64,000 nucleotides of DNA from a virus. Lineage: Duplodnaviria > Caudoviricetes. Below, piece by piece: positions 17,257 through 27,490 of the stretch (position 1 is its first letter; every line of letters starts with the position of its first letter). The stretch spans positions 158-64,157 of the IMG/VR virus record IMGVR_UViG_3300046787_000138; one strand, 5' to 3'. The position numbers and the translations under genes are program-made. The notes below the pieces were generated by a model. That model was not told where the DNA came from. It saw nothing but the letters and a program-made list of their open reading frames with translations, and ran no database searches.

Positions 17257-19980
17257 ATGGCAATCGTTCTAAAAGATAGGGTCAAAGAGACCACCGCGAC
17301 CACAGGCACATCAAACTTTGTGCTTGGCGGCACGTCTTCTGGGTACCAATCGTTCTCAGTGATCGGCCCTAATAACTTTACGTATTACTGCGCGTATGAC
17401 CAAGCTACAGGCGACTGGGAAGTTGGTTACGGCCAATACACCACCACCGCTGGCGGCACTTTAGTGCGCACTACGGTTCTATCAAATAGCGCAGCGACCA
17501 CAAGCAAGATTGACTTTGCTGCTGGCCCCAAGGATGTGTTCATCACATATCCCGCCGAGAAGGCTATCTACGAAGAGGATGGCGGCAACGTCTTGATCGA
17601 CGGTGGCCCGATTACGGTCGTCGGTGAAAACGTCACTGGGTACACAACATTCTCCGCCGCTCTTGGTGAGTTGTACGGTAACGTAGACACGTTTGCGCAG
17701 ATGTATGCGCAGAACTACAGCGACGGTACGGAAGCCTCTGCTGACTTGATTGTCTATCGAGATAACACGGTAGTTGATACAGCCAACTTCATGGACATGG
17801 GCATTAACAGCTCAAACTTCTCGTCCGCCACGTATCCTATTTTTACCCCCAGCTCAATGTACTTGTACGGCGATGGTGGGGAGATGTTTATCGGTAGCGG
17901 TACTGATGATGTGATTTTCTTTGCTGGCGGTGTCGACGTAACAGACGAAGCCGGGCGGTTTGACAAGACAACAAAAAAGCTGACGTTAGTTGGCGCTTTG
18001 GACGTCGGTGGCGCTATTGACGTAACAGGCGCTGCGACATTTAGTTCGACCGTGCTGCTGAACGCAGACCCAACGCTCGATCTTCAAGCAGCTACCAAGC
18101 AGTACGTTGACAACGCCACATCAAACGGTTTTCACGTACATACACCCGTGCGCGTGGCTACAACAGGTAACCTGACAGCTACATACAGCAACGGCGCTTC
18201 TGGTGTTGGCGCTACGCTGACCAACTCGGGGGCGCAAGCCGCGCTTTCGGTTGATGGTGTTTCACTGTCCGTGGCCGACCGTGTACTTGTATGGCAACAA
18301 ACTACAGGCACACAGAACGGCGTATACGTTGTCACCACCGTAGGGTCTGGCGCAACAAACTGGGTGCTGACACGCTCATCTGATGCAGACACTTCTTCGG
18401 AAGGTGACCCCAACAGTCTTGGCGGCGGTGACTATTTCTTTGTCTCAAGTGGTACTACCTTGGGGTACCACTCGTACATCTGCAACAACACAAGCACGAT
18501 TACTTTTGGCACCACAGCCATTACCTTTGCTGAGTTCAGTTCAGTACCTCAGTACACCGGCACTGCGCCAATTAACGTATCAGGTAATGTCATCGCCTTG
18601 ACCGGCACAGTCGCGGCTACCAACGGCGGTACAGGCACAGCTACGGTGACAACCGGCGACCTGCTCTATGGCTCTGCGACAAACACTTGGTCTAAGCTGG
18701 CCAAAGGTGCAGCCTATAAATCCTTGGTGATGAACGCGGGTGCCACAAACGTCGAGTGGAACGCTGTCGCCCTGAACCAATCTGGCGCAGTGTCTGGGGC
18801 TTTGGGTGCTACCAACGGCGGTACAGGGCAAAGCGCATACGCTTTGGGTGACATTCTCTACTCTGATGCGACAAACTCCGTTACTCGTTTGGCGGGCAAC
18901 ACGACCACAACCAAGAAGTTCTTGGGCCAGACCGGTACAGGCTCCGCTTCTGCGGCCCCTGTGTGGCAGCAGCCTGCGGCTACGGACATCACAGGCTTGG
19001 CTACTTCAGCTACAACGGACACAACCAATGCAGCAAACATCACATCGGGTACGTTGCCAACTGCGCGACTGTCTGGCAGCTATACAGGTATTACCGGAGT
19101 TGGTACTCTCTCTGCTGGTACTTGGAACGGGACTGCTATTGCTGCTGCTTACGGTGGCACTGGGCAGTCTTCGTATACGGTGGGCGACCTTCTGTACGCG
19201 AGCACGACAACTGCGCTTTCCAAACTGGCTGACGTTGCGGTAGGTAACGCTCTCATTTCTGGCGGCGTCAGCTCGGCTCCTAGCTACGGCAAAATTGGAT
19301 TGACCACTCACGTTAGTGGCACGCTTCCAGTTGCTAACGGGGGCACAGGAGTTACAACTTCTACCGGTTCAGGTAACGTAGTTCTTTCAACGAGCCCTAC
19401 TTTGGTTACGCCAGTCCTCGGAACACCATCATCGGGAACGTTGACCAGCTGTACAGGTCTACCACTGTCAACAGGCGTCACTGGCAATTTACCTGTCACT
19501 AACCTTGGCAGCGGCACAGGCGCGTCGTCTTCTACGTTCTGGCGTGGCGATGGTACTTGGGCAGCACCTGCTTCCCCCGCTATTGGCTCAACGACACAAG
19601 TTGCGTACAACAACGCGGGCACGATGACCGGCTCAGCCAACTTGACCTTCAACGGCACGAACTTGACATGCGGCGGTACAGTTACAGCCAACTCGGATGA
19701 GTCCTTGAAGACCAACTGGCGCAATCTCCCCGCTGACTTTGTTGAGCAGCTGGCCAAAGTGAAGCACGGTACTTACGACCGCGTGGATATGGAGCTGACT
19801 CAGGACGGTGTGTCCGCGCAATCACTGCAAAACCTGTTGCCAAACTCAGTCCTATCCGGTGAAGATGGCAAACTTTCTGTGGCCTACGGCAACGCTGCCT
19901 TGGTTGCGGCTATCGCCCTTGCTGAACGCGTTGTACAACTCGAAGCAATCGTGGCAAAATTGACTAAAGGAACAGAATAA
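17257..19980 (+). CDS. Tail fibre with C-terminal intramolecular chaperone (peptidase S74-like)
   Basis: LKDRVKET N-terminus, QNGVYV domain, repeated NGGTG...GDLLY units, NSDESLK...GVSAQ...LSVAY C-terminus. Confidence 0.85.
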   Translation: MAIVLKDRVKETTATTGTSNFVLGGTSSGYQSFSVIGPNNFTYYCAYDQATGDWEVGYGQYTTTAGGTLVRTTVLSNSAATTSKIDFAAGPKDVFITYPAEKAIYEEDGGNVLIDGGPITVVGENVTGYTTFSAALGELYGNVDTFAQMYAQNYSDGTEASADLIVYRDNTVVDTANFMDMGINSSNFSSATYPIFTPSSMYLYGDGGEMFIGSGTDDVIFFAGGVDVTDEAGRFDKTTKKLTLVGALDVGGAIDVTGAATFSSTVLLNADPTLDLQAATKQYVDNATSNGFHVHTPVRVATTGNLTATYSNGASGVGATLTNSGAQAALSVDGVSLSVADRVLVWQQTTGTQNGVYVVTTVGSGATNWVLTRSSDADTSSEGDPNSLGGGDYFFVSSGTTLGYHSYICNNTSTITFGTTAITFAEFSSVPQYTGTAPINVSGNVIALTGTVAATNGGTGTATVTTGDLLYGSATNTWSKLAKGAAYKSLVMNAGATNVEWNAVALNQSGAVSGALGATNGGTGQSAYALGDILYSDATNSVTRLAGNTTTTKKFLGQTGTGSASAAPVWQQPAATDITGLATSATTDTTNAANITSGTLPTARLSGSYTGITGVGTLSAGTWNGTAIAAAYGGTGQSSYTVGDLLYASTTTALSKLADVAVGNALISGGVSSAPSYGKIGLTTHVSGTLPVANGGTGVTTSTGSGNVVLSTSPTLVTPVLGTPSSGTLTSCTGLPLSTGVTGNLPVTNLGSGTGASSSTFWRGDGTWAAPASPAIGSTTQVAYNNAGTMTGSANLTFNGTNLTCGGTVTANSDESLKTNWRNLPADFVEQLAKVKHGTYDRVDMELTQDGVSAQSLQNLLPNSVLSGEDGKLSVAYGNAALVAAIALAERVVQLEAIVAKLTKGTE
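18616..18827 (+). repeat. 20-bp direct repeat GCTACCAACGGCGGTACAGG within tail-fibre repeats
   Basis: Identical at 18616-18635 and 18808-18827. Confidence 0.85.
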
Positions 19981-21686
19981 TGAGCACCTACTCGACCAAC
20001 CTAAAAATCGAGCTTATCACGCCCGGCACACAAGCTGGCGTGTGGGGCACTACGACCAATACGAACTTGGGTACGCTCATTGAGCAGGCCATTTCAGGGA
20101 TTGTTACTCAGGCTATTACTGACGGCGCTGATACGGTCATCACTATGCCTGACGGTGCTACCGGCGTTGCTCGCAACATGGTCATCGAGTGCACAGGCGC
20201 ATTGACTGCCGCCCGTAATTTAGTTGTACCGGCCAACAAAAAGCTGTACTTTATCTACAACAATACCACCGGCGGCAAGGCTGTCACGGTAAAGGTAAGT
20301 GGCCAGACAGGTATTTCTGTCCCTAATGGCGCAAAAGTCATTCTTATGATGAATAGCGCGGGCACGGACATCGTTACTGCTACTAACTACATGGTGGCCG
20401 CTACTTTGGTAACACCTGCGTTGGACGCTGAAACCTATTCAACATCCGCTACTGTAACTGCGGGTACAAATGCTCAAGGCCAAGGTGCGTTGACAAGTGA
20501 CATCAACGTCATCACCACTGCGTCGTCTAACCCATCCGGTGTTACTTTGCCAACAGCCACGACTGGCCGCATCGTGGCTATCGTGAACAAAGGTGCAAAC
20601 GCGGTCAACGTTTACCCAGCAACCAGCGCGTACATTGATGGTCTGTCGATCAACACCTCGATCCAAATCCCCGCTGGTAGCTCGTTGCAGTTCGTCGCTT
20701 CGTCTACTACTCAGTGGTACTCGTCAGCTACTGGCGACACAGGCTCAGGCGCAAACGTCCGTCAAGTGGCACCGCAACTCGACGCTGAAACCTATACAAC
20801 TAGCGCAACCGTGTCCGCTGCGGGTACTACTCAAGGTACAGCAACAGCGCTGACTAGCGACTACAACATCATTACCACTGTGACGTCCAGCGCGTCAGGC
20901 GTTATTTTGCCGACTGCAACAGCTGGTAGACGAATCATTATTGTGAACAAGGATGCGGCAGACGCGGTGAACATCTACCCAGCTACAGGTGCGTCAATTG
21001 ACGCGCTTAGCACGAACGCTGCGTTTTCTCTCCCTGTCGATGGTTGGTTGGAACTTAACGCGTCTAGCACGACTAAGTGGTATTCGTCTTACAACGCTTA
21101 CTTAGCCACACCTACTACAGCAACGAACGCTACAAACCTTGTAACAACAAATTTTTCAATCTCAGAGTCCGGCGGCGTTTTGGCGTTTATCGCGCATCCA
21201 TCATTCACTGCGTCTATCGCCAGCACCACAATGACGGTGACTTCGGCAAGTGCCGGGTACGTGGTTTACGGTGCTACCCTGACTGGTACAGGTGTTACGG
21301 GGGGCACGACAGTTGGAGTTCAGCTCACTTCTACAGAGACTACTGCGGCTAGCCCAACGTTCTCTTCCGGCGGCGCTGTTGGCGATAACTCTTTTGTGGT
21401 GTCCAGTGCTTCCGGTATAGCTGTGGGGCAGATTATTGCCGGGACCGGTGTCCCATCGGGTACGTATGTGCTCAGCATTGACGGCACGACTATTTATCTT
21501 TGCGACCGTACCGGCGCGGCTGTAGAGTTTACTATTCAAGCTGCTGGAACCTACAACTTCCGGACAGCCGCAGCCAAAGGCACGTATACCGTAAGCGCTT
21601 CGCAAACGGTATCGTCCACAACAATCACAGGTACGAAGACCGTAGCTCAGATCACAAACACCGGTCTTATCACTTCACAACCATAA
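19980..21686 (+). CDS. Second tail fibre/spike protein with tandem ~100-aa domain duplication
   Basis: [12 protein letters not shown]...WGTTTNTNL N-terminus; LDAETY...WYSS twice. Confidence 0.8.
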   Translation: MSTYSTNLKIELITPGTQAGVWGTTTNTNLGTLIEQAISGIVTQAITDGADTVITMPDGATGVARNMVIECTGALTAARNLVVPANKKLYFIYNNTTGGKAVTVKVSGQTGISVPNGAKVILMMNSAGTDIVTATNYMVAATLVTPALDAETYSTSATVTAGTNAQGQGALTSDINVITTASSNPSGVTLPTATTGRIVAIVNKGANAVNVYPATSAYIDGLSINTSIQIPAGSSLQFVASSTTQWYSSATGDTGSGANVRQVAPQLDAETYTTSATVSAAGTTQGTATALTSDYNIITTVTSSASGVILPTATAGRRIIIVNKDAADAVNIYPATGASIDALSTNAAFSLPVDGWLELNASSTTKWYSSYNAYLATPTTATNATNLVTTNFSISESGGVLAFIAHPSFTASIASTTMTVTSASAGYVVYGATLTGTGVTGGTTVGVQLTSTETTAASPTFSSGGAVGDNSFVVSSASGIAVGQIIAGTGVPSGTYVLSIDGTTIYLCDRTGAAVEFTIQAAGTYNFRTAAAKGTYTVSASQTVSSTTITGTKTVAQITNTGLITSQP

Positions 21687-21696
21687 GGAGAAATAA

Positions 21697-22359
21697 ATGG
21701 CTTCAAGTCTTAATGGAACAGGCGTTACGTTTAGCAACGCCACGACTCAAGCAACTGCGTATCTAGGTGTTCAAGGCCAAGTCTTTACAGGAAACGGCAC
21801 ATTCACCATCCCTTCTGGTATCACGGCAGTCAAAGTAACTGTTGTTGGAGGTGGTGGAGGCGGTGGAGGTGGTGTTTCCGTTTCTATGAAGGGTGGCGGT
21901 GGCGGTGGTGCAGCTGTTAAATACCTTACAGGACTTACCCCAAGTAACACTCTTACGGTTACTGTTGGTGGTGGAGGTGCCGCAGGAAGCTCCGGCGGGG
22001 GTGCAGGTGGTACTGGCGGAACTTCTTCTGTAGCCTCTGGAACTCAAACAATTACAACAGTATCCGCAACTGGCGGCGCTGGAGGTAATGGTTCATCGGG
22101 TGGCGGTTCTACTGGAGGAGCGGGGGGATTGGGTGCTAACGGTAGCATGAACATTGGAGGTAGCCGAGGCGGTGCAGCTGTAGGAGTTGGTGGAAGCTCA
22201 CTTTTTGGCGGCTCCTCAGGTAATATAAGTGGCGTTGTTTCTGCTGGTCTTTCAGGTATTGCTTATGGTGGGGGTGGTAGTGCAGGAGTTGGAGACAACT
22301 GCGCATCGTATGTTTCTGGCGGAGCAGGTGCGGCTGGTGTTGTTATTTTTGAATGGTAA
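21697..22359 (+). CDS. Glycine-rich tail-associated protein
   Basis: FTIPSG..VKVTVVGGGGGG...GAAGVVIFEW. Confidence 0.75.
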   Translation: MASSLNGTGVTFSNATTQATAYLGVQGQVFTGNGTFTIPSGITAVKVTVVGGGGGGGGGVSVSMKGGGGGGAAVKYLTGLTPSNTLTVTVGGGGAAGSSGGGAGGTGGTSSVASGTQTITTVSATGGAGGNGSSGGGSTGGAGGLGANGSMNIGGSRGGAAVGVGGSSLFGGSSGNISGVVSAGLSGIAYGGGGSAGVGDNCASYVSGGAGAAGVVIFEW

Positions 22360-22368
22360 GAGGTGTAT

Positions 22369-22599
22369 ATGAAGGCACTTATTTCAACAGTTGAACCTGT
22401 ATTGACAGGCTATCGTGTGGCCCAAGTTGAGCAAGACGCAAACATTTTTGCGGTAGCAGAAGGCCTGTTTTGGCTCGACTGCTCGGATGATGTGGTGGCT
22501 GACCAATTTTGGTACGACCCCACTGACGAAACCATCAAGGCTGTACCGCAGCCGGAACAACGGACCCAACCTACCAGCCAAGGCGCTCAGATTCTGTAA
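22369..22599 (+). CDS. Small tail-fibre-associated (assembly-like) protein
   Basis: Follows Gly-rich gene; FWLDC...WYDP. Confidence 0.55.
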   Translation: MKALISTVEPVLTGYRVAQVEQDANIFAVAEGLFWLDCSDDVVADQFWYDPTDETIKAVPQPEQRTQPTSQGAQIL

Positions 22600-22877
22600 T
22601 GCAAATTATTACTCCTGTCCATCAAGTCACTTATGATGGTGCTCAATTAAACGTGTACCACGCCAACAAAGGACAAGGGTTGCCACGGCATGAACACACA
22701 TACGCTCATCTAACCATGTGCCACGCAGGTTCTATCTTGGTCACCAAAGAAGGCAAGTCACTCACCATGACAAAAGACACGCAGCCGGTGAATCTCGTCG
22801 CAGATGGTTGGCACGAAATAGAAGCACTTGAAGACGGCACGGTGTTCGTGAATGTGTTTGCCGAAGGCAAGTATTAA
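22599..22877 (+). CDS. Cupin-fold small protein
   Basis: PRHEHTYAH and WHEIEALEDG His motifs. Confidence 0.65.
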   Translation: MQIITPVHQVTYDGAQLNVYHANKGQGLPRHEHTYAHLTMCHAGSILVTKEGKSLTMTKDTQPVNLVADGWHEIEALEDGTVFVNVFAEGKY

Positions 22878-22879
22878 AT

Positions 22880-23611
22880 GTGGACCCAATCAGTCTTCTC
22901 CTCATGGCGCAAAGTGCCGTCGGTGCTATCCGCGCTGGCTGTCAAATGCTCAGTGAAGGGAAGGCTGAAATTGGTAAGTTTAAGAAGCAGGTTGAAGGCG
23001 GCGTGGCTGACGCTAAGGCAATCTACAAAGAGGTTGTTGGAATCTGGGGTTGGATACAAAGCCTCTTCGGCGCAAAGCCTGCGCCAAGCGTTAAGCCTGT
23101 ACTACCCACCGCAGCCGAAGCGCCCAAGCCTGTGGCGAAAAAGGCAAAAGCCGGACCAGAACCAGAGTTAAGCTACGAGGAGTTTCAAGCACGCGCAGTC
23201 CACGAAATCTGTGAAAATTTAAAGGTCTATTTTGAGGCTATCCGCCAGCTCAAAATACATTGTCGGGAACTTGAAGAAGAAGCTCTCACCACCGAGAAGG
23301 TTGCCGACAGTGCTATCGACCGTATTGAGATTCAATGGCAAATGCAGCAGTTGTCAGCGCAGCTGAAGCAGGCCATGATCTACGGTACACCAGAAGAGCT
23401 TGGATTGGGGTCAATGTACAAAGAGTTTCTGGTCAAGTATGACGAGATTCTGGAAGAGCAAGAGGTTGCCCGTGAGATCAAACGCAAGAAAGAACGAGAC
23501 AGCGCATGGCAACACGAGCACCGCGAACAAATTCTGGTGGCCAAAGTGGGCTACGTAATCGTGATAGCGATCGGGGTCCTGTGGACGACGGCGTTGTATT
23601 CCGCTCTATGA
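22880..23611 (+). CDS. Coiled-coil hypothetical protein with C-terminal TM
   Basis: 243-aa ORF, MDPIS start, hydrophobic C-terminus. Confidence 0.7.
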   Translation: MDPISLLLMAQSAVGAIRAGCQMLSEGKAEIGKFKKQVEGGVADAKAIYKEVVGIWGWIQSLFGAKPAPSVKPVLPTAAEAPKPVAKKAKAGPEPELSYEEFQARAVHEICENLKVYFEAIRQLKIHCRELEEEALTTEKVADSAIDRIEIQWQMQQLSAQLKQAMIYGTPEELGLGSMYKEFLVKYDEILEEQEVAREIKRKKERDSAWQHEHREQILVAKVGYVIVIAIGVLWTTALYSAL

Positions 23612-23787
23612 AGGAGTTCTACTGGTGGGTGCTCGTTGTCACGTTCATCTTGGTGCTGCTGGGGTTTTCCGCTGCGCTTGCATTGCACGCTGACAAACAA
23701 GTACGTAAAGCCGAGATAATCCTACAACGCGCTGAGCAACTGGAAAAGAAGCGCACCGCAAAACTTGAACCTAAGAAGGACGAATAA
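23608..23787 (+). CDS. Small N-terminally anchored membrane protein
   Basis: ATGA overlap; MKEFYWWVLVVTFILVLLGF. Confidence 0.6.
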   Translation: MKEFYWWVLVVTFILVLLGFSAALALHADKQVRKAEIILQRAEQLEKKRTAKLEPKKDE

Positions 23788-24275
23788 TGCTACCTATCAT
23801 CGCAGGCATCGTAGCCAACCTTATCAACAACGGTATGCACAAGGTAGCCGACGAGGTTATCGAAAAGGGCGTGGATGCCGTTGAAAAGAAACTGGGCATT
23901 GAGTTAAAGCCAGAAGGTGAAGCCACACCCGAGTACAACGCCAAGCTGCAAGAGGAAGCCAACCGTCACTCTGAGTTCATGGCTGCGCTCGACGAGAAGT
24001 CTACCCAACGCGCAACGGATATGTATATGAACGATGACAGCACAAAGCGCTTTACCCAGATGTATGCGTGGTTCCTGACCGTGGTGTCGTTCCTGTACTT
24101 CTTCATGGTGTCGTTCATGCCTATCGAGAACCGCAACCGTGACTTCATCAACATCATCTTGGGTTTCTTGATTGGCACTGCGGTGAACAGCTTGATTCGC
24201 TTCTTCTACGGTAGTAGCAACAAGAGCCAAGAGTCAGTTGACCAAAAGCAAAAAGAGCAAGGTGGTGACAAATGA
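23787..24275 (+). CDS. Putative holin
   Basis: Two TM segments with FFYGSS, directly upstream of endolysin. Confidence 0.65.
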   Translation: MLPIIAGIVANLINNGMHKVADEVIEKGVDAVEKKLGIELKPEGEATPEYNAKLQEEANRHSEFMAALDEKSTQRATDMYMNDDSTKRFTQMYAWFLTVVSFLYFFMVSFMPIENRNRDFINIILGFLIGTAVNSLIRFFYGSSNKSQESVDQKQKEQGGDK

Positions 24276-24928
24276 TCCCAACCATCGCCGACTTACAAGC
24301 TGCCAAAGTAAAGGACCCAGCCAAGTGGCTGGACGCCGTAGGCGCGACCTGTGTGGAGTTCAAGATTGACACCCCCCAGCGCATTGCTGGGTTCTTGGCT
24401 CAGACTTCACATGAGTCTGGCGGTTACACCATGCTGAGCGAGAACTTGAACTACCGCGCCGCTACGCTGGCTGCGTGCTGGCCCAACCGATTCGCTGTGC
24501 TCGGCCCCGACAAAAAGCCTATCAAAGAGAACGGCAAGTTAGTGCCTACTGCCGTGGCCAACGCCATAGCGGGTAAGCCGGAGCTTATCGCCAACTTGGT
24601 TTACAGCTCACGTATGGGCAACGGACCTGCGGAATCCGGTGAGGGGTGGCTGTACCGAGGAAGAGGTCTGAAGCAATTGACCGGCAAGGACAACTACACC
24701 CGCTGTGGGGCAGAGCTCGGCATCGACTTGGTTGGCAACCCCGATTTGCTTCTTGAGCCTTTGTACGCCGCGCGTTCAGCGGGTTGGTTCTGGAAAACAA
24801 ACAATTTATCCGCTTTCGCCGACGCTGGCGACATCAAGGGTATGACCAAGAAAATTAACGGTGGCTACATCGGCCTTGAAGCACGTCAAGCGCTATATGA
24901 TGCGTGCTATGGACAGTGCCGCGCCTAA
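24272..24928 (+). CDS. Glycoside hydrolase family 19 endolysin
   Basis: FLAQTSHESGG, ENLNY, YRGRGLKQLTGKDNY, SAGWFW, TKKINGG. Confidence 0.92.
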   Translation: MIPTIADLQAAKVKDPAKWLDAVGATCVEFKIDTPQRIAGFLAQTSHESGGYTMLSENLNYRAATLAACWPNRFAVLGPDKKPIKENGKLVPTAVANAIAGKPELIANLVYSSRMGNGPAESGEGWLYRGRGLKQLTGKDNYTRCGAELGIDLVGNPDLLLEPLYAARSAGWFWKTNNLSAFADAGDIKGMTKKINGGYIGLEARQALYDACYGQCRA

Positions 24929-24944
24929 GTGAGAAAATCCCACC

Positions 24945-27176
24945 ATGCCTTTACAGAAACTCCAATTCCGCCCCGGTGTCAACCGTGAAGGCACGACCCT
25001 TGCTAACGAGGGCGGCTGGTTCGAGACCGACAAGGTCCGCTTCCGTTCTGGCTACCCCGAGAAAATTGGGGGCTGGGAGCTAGACACCGGCTTATCCGAT
25101 GCGACCCTACAACCGCCGTCTGGCGCGTACTGGGGCGTTGCGCGTTCTTTGTGGAATTGGTTGAACCTATCTGGGTACAACCTGTTGGCAATCGGCACGG
25201 ACCTCAAGTATTACATCCAGAACAGCGCCGACGGCTCCCTATACGACGTTACCCCCATCCGCGCAACAACAGCAGCTGGTGATGTAACTTTTGCTGCCAC
25301 AAACGGTTCTGCGACAATCACTGTCACTGATTCGGCTCACGGTGCGCAGACTGGTGATTTTGTAACCTTTAGCGGTGCTGTATCTCTTGGTGGCGCTATT
25401 ACAGCAACCGTGCTGAACGCTGAGTTTCAGATCACTTACGTCAGCCCTTCGCAGTACACAATCACAGCAGACGTAACAGCGAATGGTAGCGACGTTGGTT
25501 CCGGGGGTACGGCTACTGTCGGTACTTACCAAATCAACACAGGTAGCGTTGTTTACTCGCTCGGTACTGGTTGGGGGGTGGGTGTCTGGGGCGGCGCAAC
25601 TATTGGCGCTACTTTCTCAACACTGAATGGTGCTATCAACTCGTCTGCCACCACGATCACACTTGTTTCAAACGCCAGCTTCCCTACTTCTGGCCAAGTG
25701 CTTATTGACTCTGAACTCATTGACTACTCAGGTAAAGGTGTAAACACGCTGACCGGCTGCACTCGTGGGGTAGAAAGCACCACTGCGGCGTCTCATTCGT
25801 CCGGGGCAATCGTACAAGACACGAGCGCTTTTGTTGGTTGGGGCGACCCAGCACCTGCTTCCGGCGGAATTGGCGTACAACTGCGACTGTGGAGTGAATC
25901 TAACTACGGTGGCGATTTAATTTTTAACCCCCGTGGTGGTGCTATGTACTACTGGGCTAACAACGGTAACCCAAACATTTTTGACCGTGGCCAACTCCTC
26001 GGCCCCGGCGCTACCATTACGACGCAGTACGGTTCAACTACGGTTGACAACTATTGCCCATCCGTGGCCAATATCGTCTTGGTGTCTGATTCATCACGTT
26101 TCATCATTGCGTTTGGGTGCAACGACTATTTCGCAGACGCCCCGAGCCAGCAGAACCCATTGTTTATTGCTTGGTCCGCCCAAGAAAACTTTGCCGCTTG
26201 GGACCCAACTGACATAACTCAACAAGCGGGCACGTACCAGCTTAGCAATGGGTCTGAGATCGTAGCAGTGCAGCAGACCCGGCAAGAAATCTTGGTGTTC
26301 ACTGACGCGGCGCTGTACTCTATGCAGTACCTTGGCCCGCCTTATGTCTGGGGTTTCCAGATCATGGGCGACAACATATCTATCATCAGTCCAAATGCTG
26401 TAGCTACGGCCAACAACATCACCTATTGGATGGGTGTAGATAAGTTCTACATGTACTCTGGCCGTGTGGAGACGCTCCCTTGCGCGGTGCGCCAGTACAT
26501 TTACGACAACATCAACTTGGATCAGTCGTATCAAGTGTTCTCAGGCACGAGCGAAGGCTACAACGAGGTCTGGTGGTTCTACTGCTCTATTACCGGGTTT
26601 GACGGTACAGGTACTGTGAGCAACCCAAACACAACGATCGACAAGTATGTGGTGTTCAACCACTTAGAACGCACTTGGTACTACGGAACTATGGAGCGCA
26701 CTGCTTGGTTGGACAGCTCACTGCGGGATGTGCCGATCGCTGCTGGGTATGACGGGCAGATTATTTACCACGAGGTTGGTAACGATGACGGTACAACAAC
26801 CCCACCCACGCCAATTGAAGCGTATGTACAGTCTTCGGACTTCGACATTGGTGACGGCCACAACTTCGGCTTGGTGACTCGTATCATTCCTGACGTGACT
26901 TTTGATGGCTCAGATTCTGCGCAGCCGACTGTTACGTTCACTGTTCGCCCCCGCCAGAACCCCGGGGCTAACTACGGCACTTCTAATGACCCAGATGTGG
27001 TTAGCGGTAATAACTACACTAACGTGCGCGAGTACAACGTGCAGCAGTTTACCCAGTATGTCTATGTACGAGTTCGCGGGCGTCAAATGGCGTTCCGTGT
27101 CGGCTCTAGTGACTTGGGCGTGGCGTGGCAGCTCGGCGCTCCTCGTATTGATGTTCGACCAGACGGGAGACGTTAA
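24945..27176 (+). CDS. Tail nozzle/stabilisation protein (P22 gp10 / tail tubular B-like)
   Basis: 743 aa, MPLQKLQFRPG...VRFRSGYPEKIGGW, ends DVRPDGRR; precedes ejection proteins. Confidence 0.7.
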   Translation: MPLQKLQFRPGVNREGTTLANEGGWFETDKVRFRSGYPEKIGGWELDTGLSDATLQPPSGAYWGVARSLWNWLNLSGYNLLAIGTDLKYYIQNSADGSLYDVTPIRATTAAGDVTFAATNGSATITVTDSAHGAQTGDFVTFSGAVSLGGAITATVLNAEFQITYVSPSQYTITADVTANGSDVGSGGTATVGTYQINTGSVVYSLGTGWGVGVWGGATIGATFSTLNGAINSSATTITLVSNASFPTSGQVLIDSELIDYSGKGVNTLTGCTRGVESTTAASHSSGAIVQDTSAFVGWGDPAPASGGIGVQLRLWSESNYGGDLIFNPRGGAMYYWANNGNPNIFDRGQLLGPGATITTQYGSTTVDNYCPSVANIVLVSDSSRFIIAFGCNDYFADAPSQQNPLFIAWSAQENFAAWDPTDITQQAGTYQLSNGSEIVAVQQTRQEILVFTDAALYSMQYLGPPYVWGFQIMGDNISIISPNAVATANNITYWMGVDKFYMYSGRVETLPCAVRQYIYDNINLDQSYQVFSGTSEGYNEVWWFYCSITGFDGTGTVSNPNTTIDKYVVFNHLERTWYYGTMERTAWLDSSLRDVPIAAGYDGQIIYHEVGNDDGTTTPPTPIEAYVQSSDFDIGDGHNFGLVTRIIPDVTFDGSDSAQPTVTFTVRPRQNPGANYGTSNDPDVVSGNNYTNVREYNVQQFTQYVYVRVRGRQMAFRVGSSDLGVAWQLGAPRIDVRPDGRR

Positions 27177-27490
27177 TGGGAAACCGTATCGCAATTGCAC
27201 CACGACTCCTCGCTGCGCCGGTAGAATACGACCAGCGGTTTTTGGACGACCTCACAAATACACTGCGTTTGTACTTTAACCAACTGGACAATGCCTCTCC
27301 GATTTCGGCAGCGTCTCAGGGGGTTGGTACAGACAAGGTAATTTCTGGGTTGAACTTTAGCCAACCTGATCCAGCAGTGCCGGGCACATTCCAGCTCAGC
27401 TTGCCAACAGAGGCGGACTTAGCTAACCTTCGGGTGGGTGATGTCTACGTAGACACTACGGCCAGCAATGTATTGAAAGTAAAAGTATGA
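27176..27490 (+). CDS. Hypothetical virion protein
   Basis: TAATG coupling; LRLYFNQLD. Confidence 0.7.
   Translation: MGNRIAIAPRLLAAPVEYDQRFLDDLTNTLRLYFNQLDNASPISAASQGVGTDKVISGLNFSQPDPAVPGTFQLSLPTEADLANLRVGDVYVDTTASNVLKVKV

Noticed and set aside
17257-22359. Diversity-generating retroelement or invertible segment acting on tail fibres
   Set aside because: No reverse transcriptase or invertase, and no TR/VR pair differing only at adenines; the repeats are ordinary fibre repeats.
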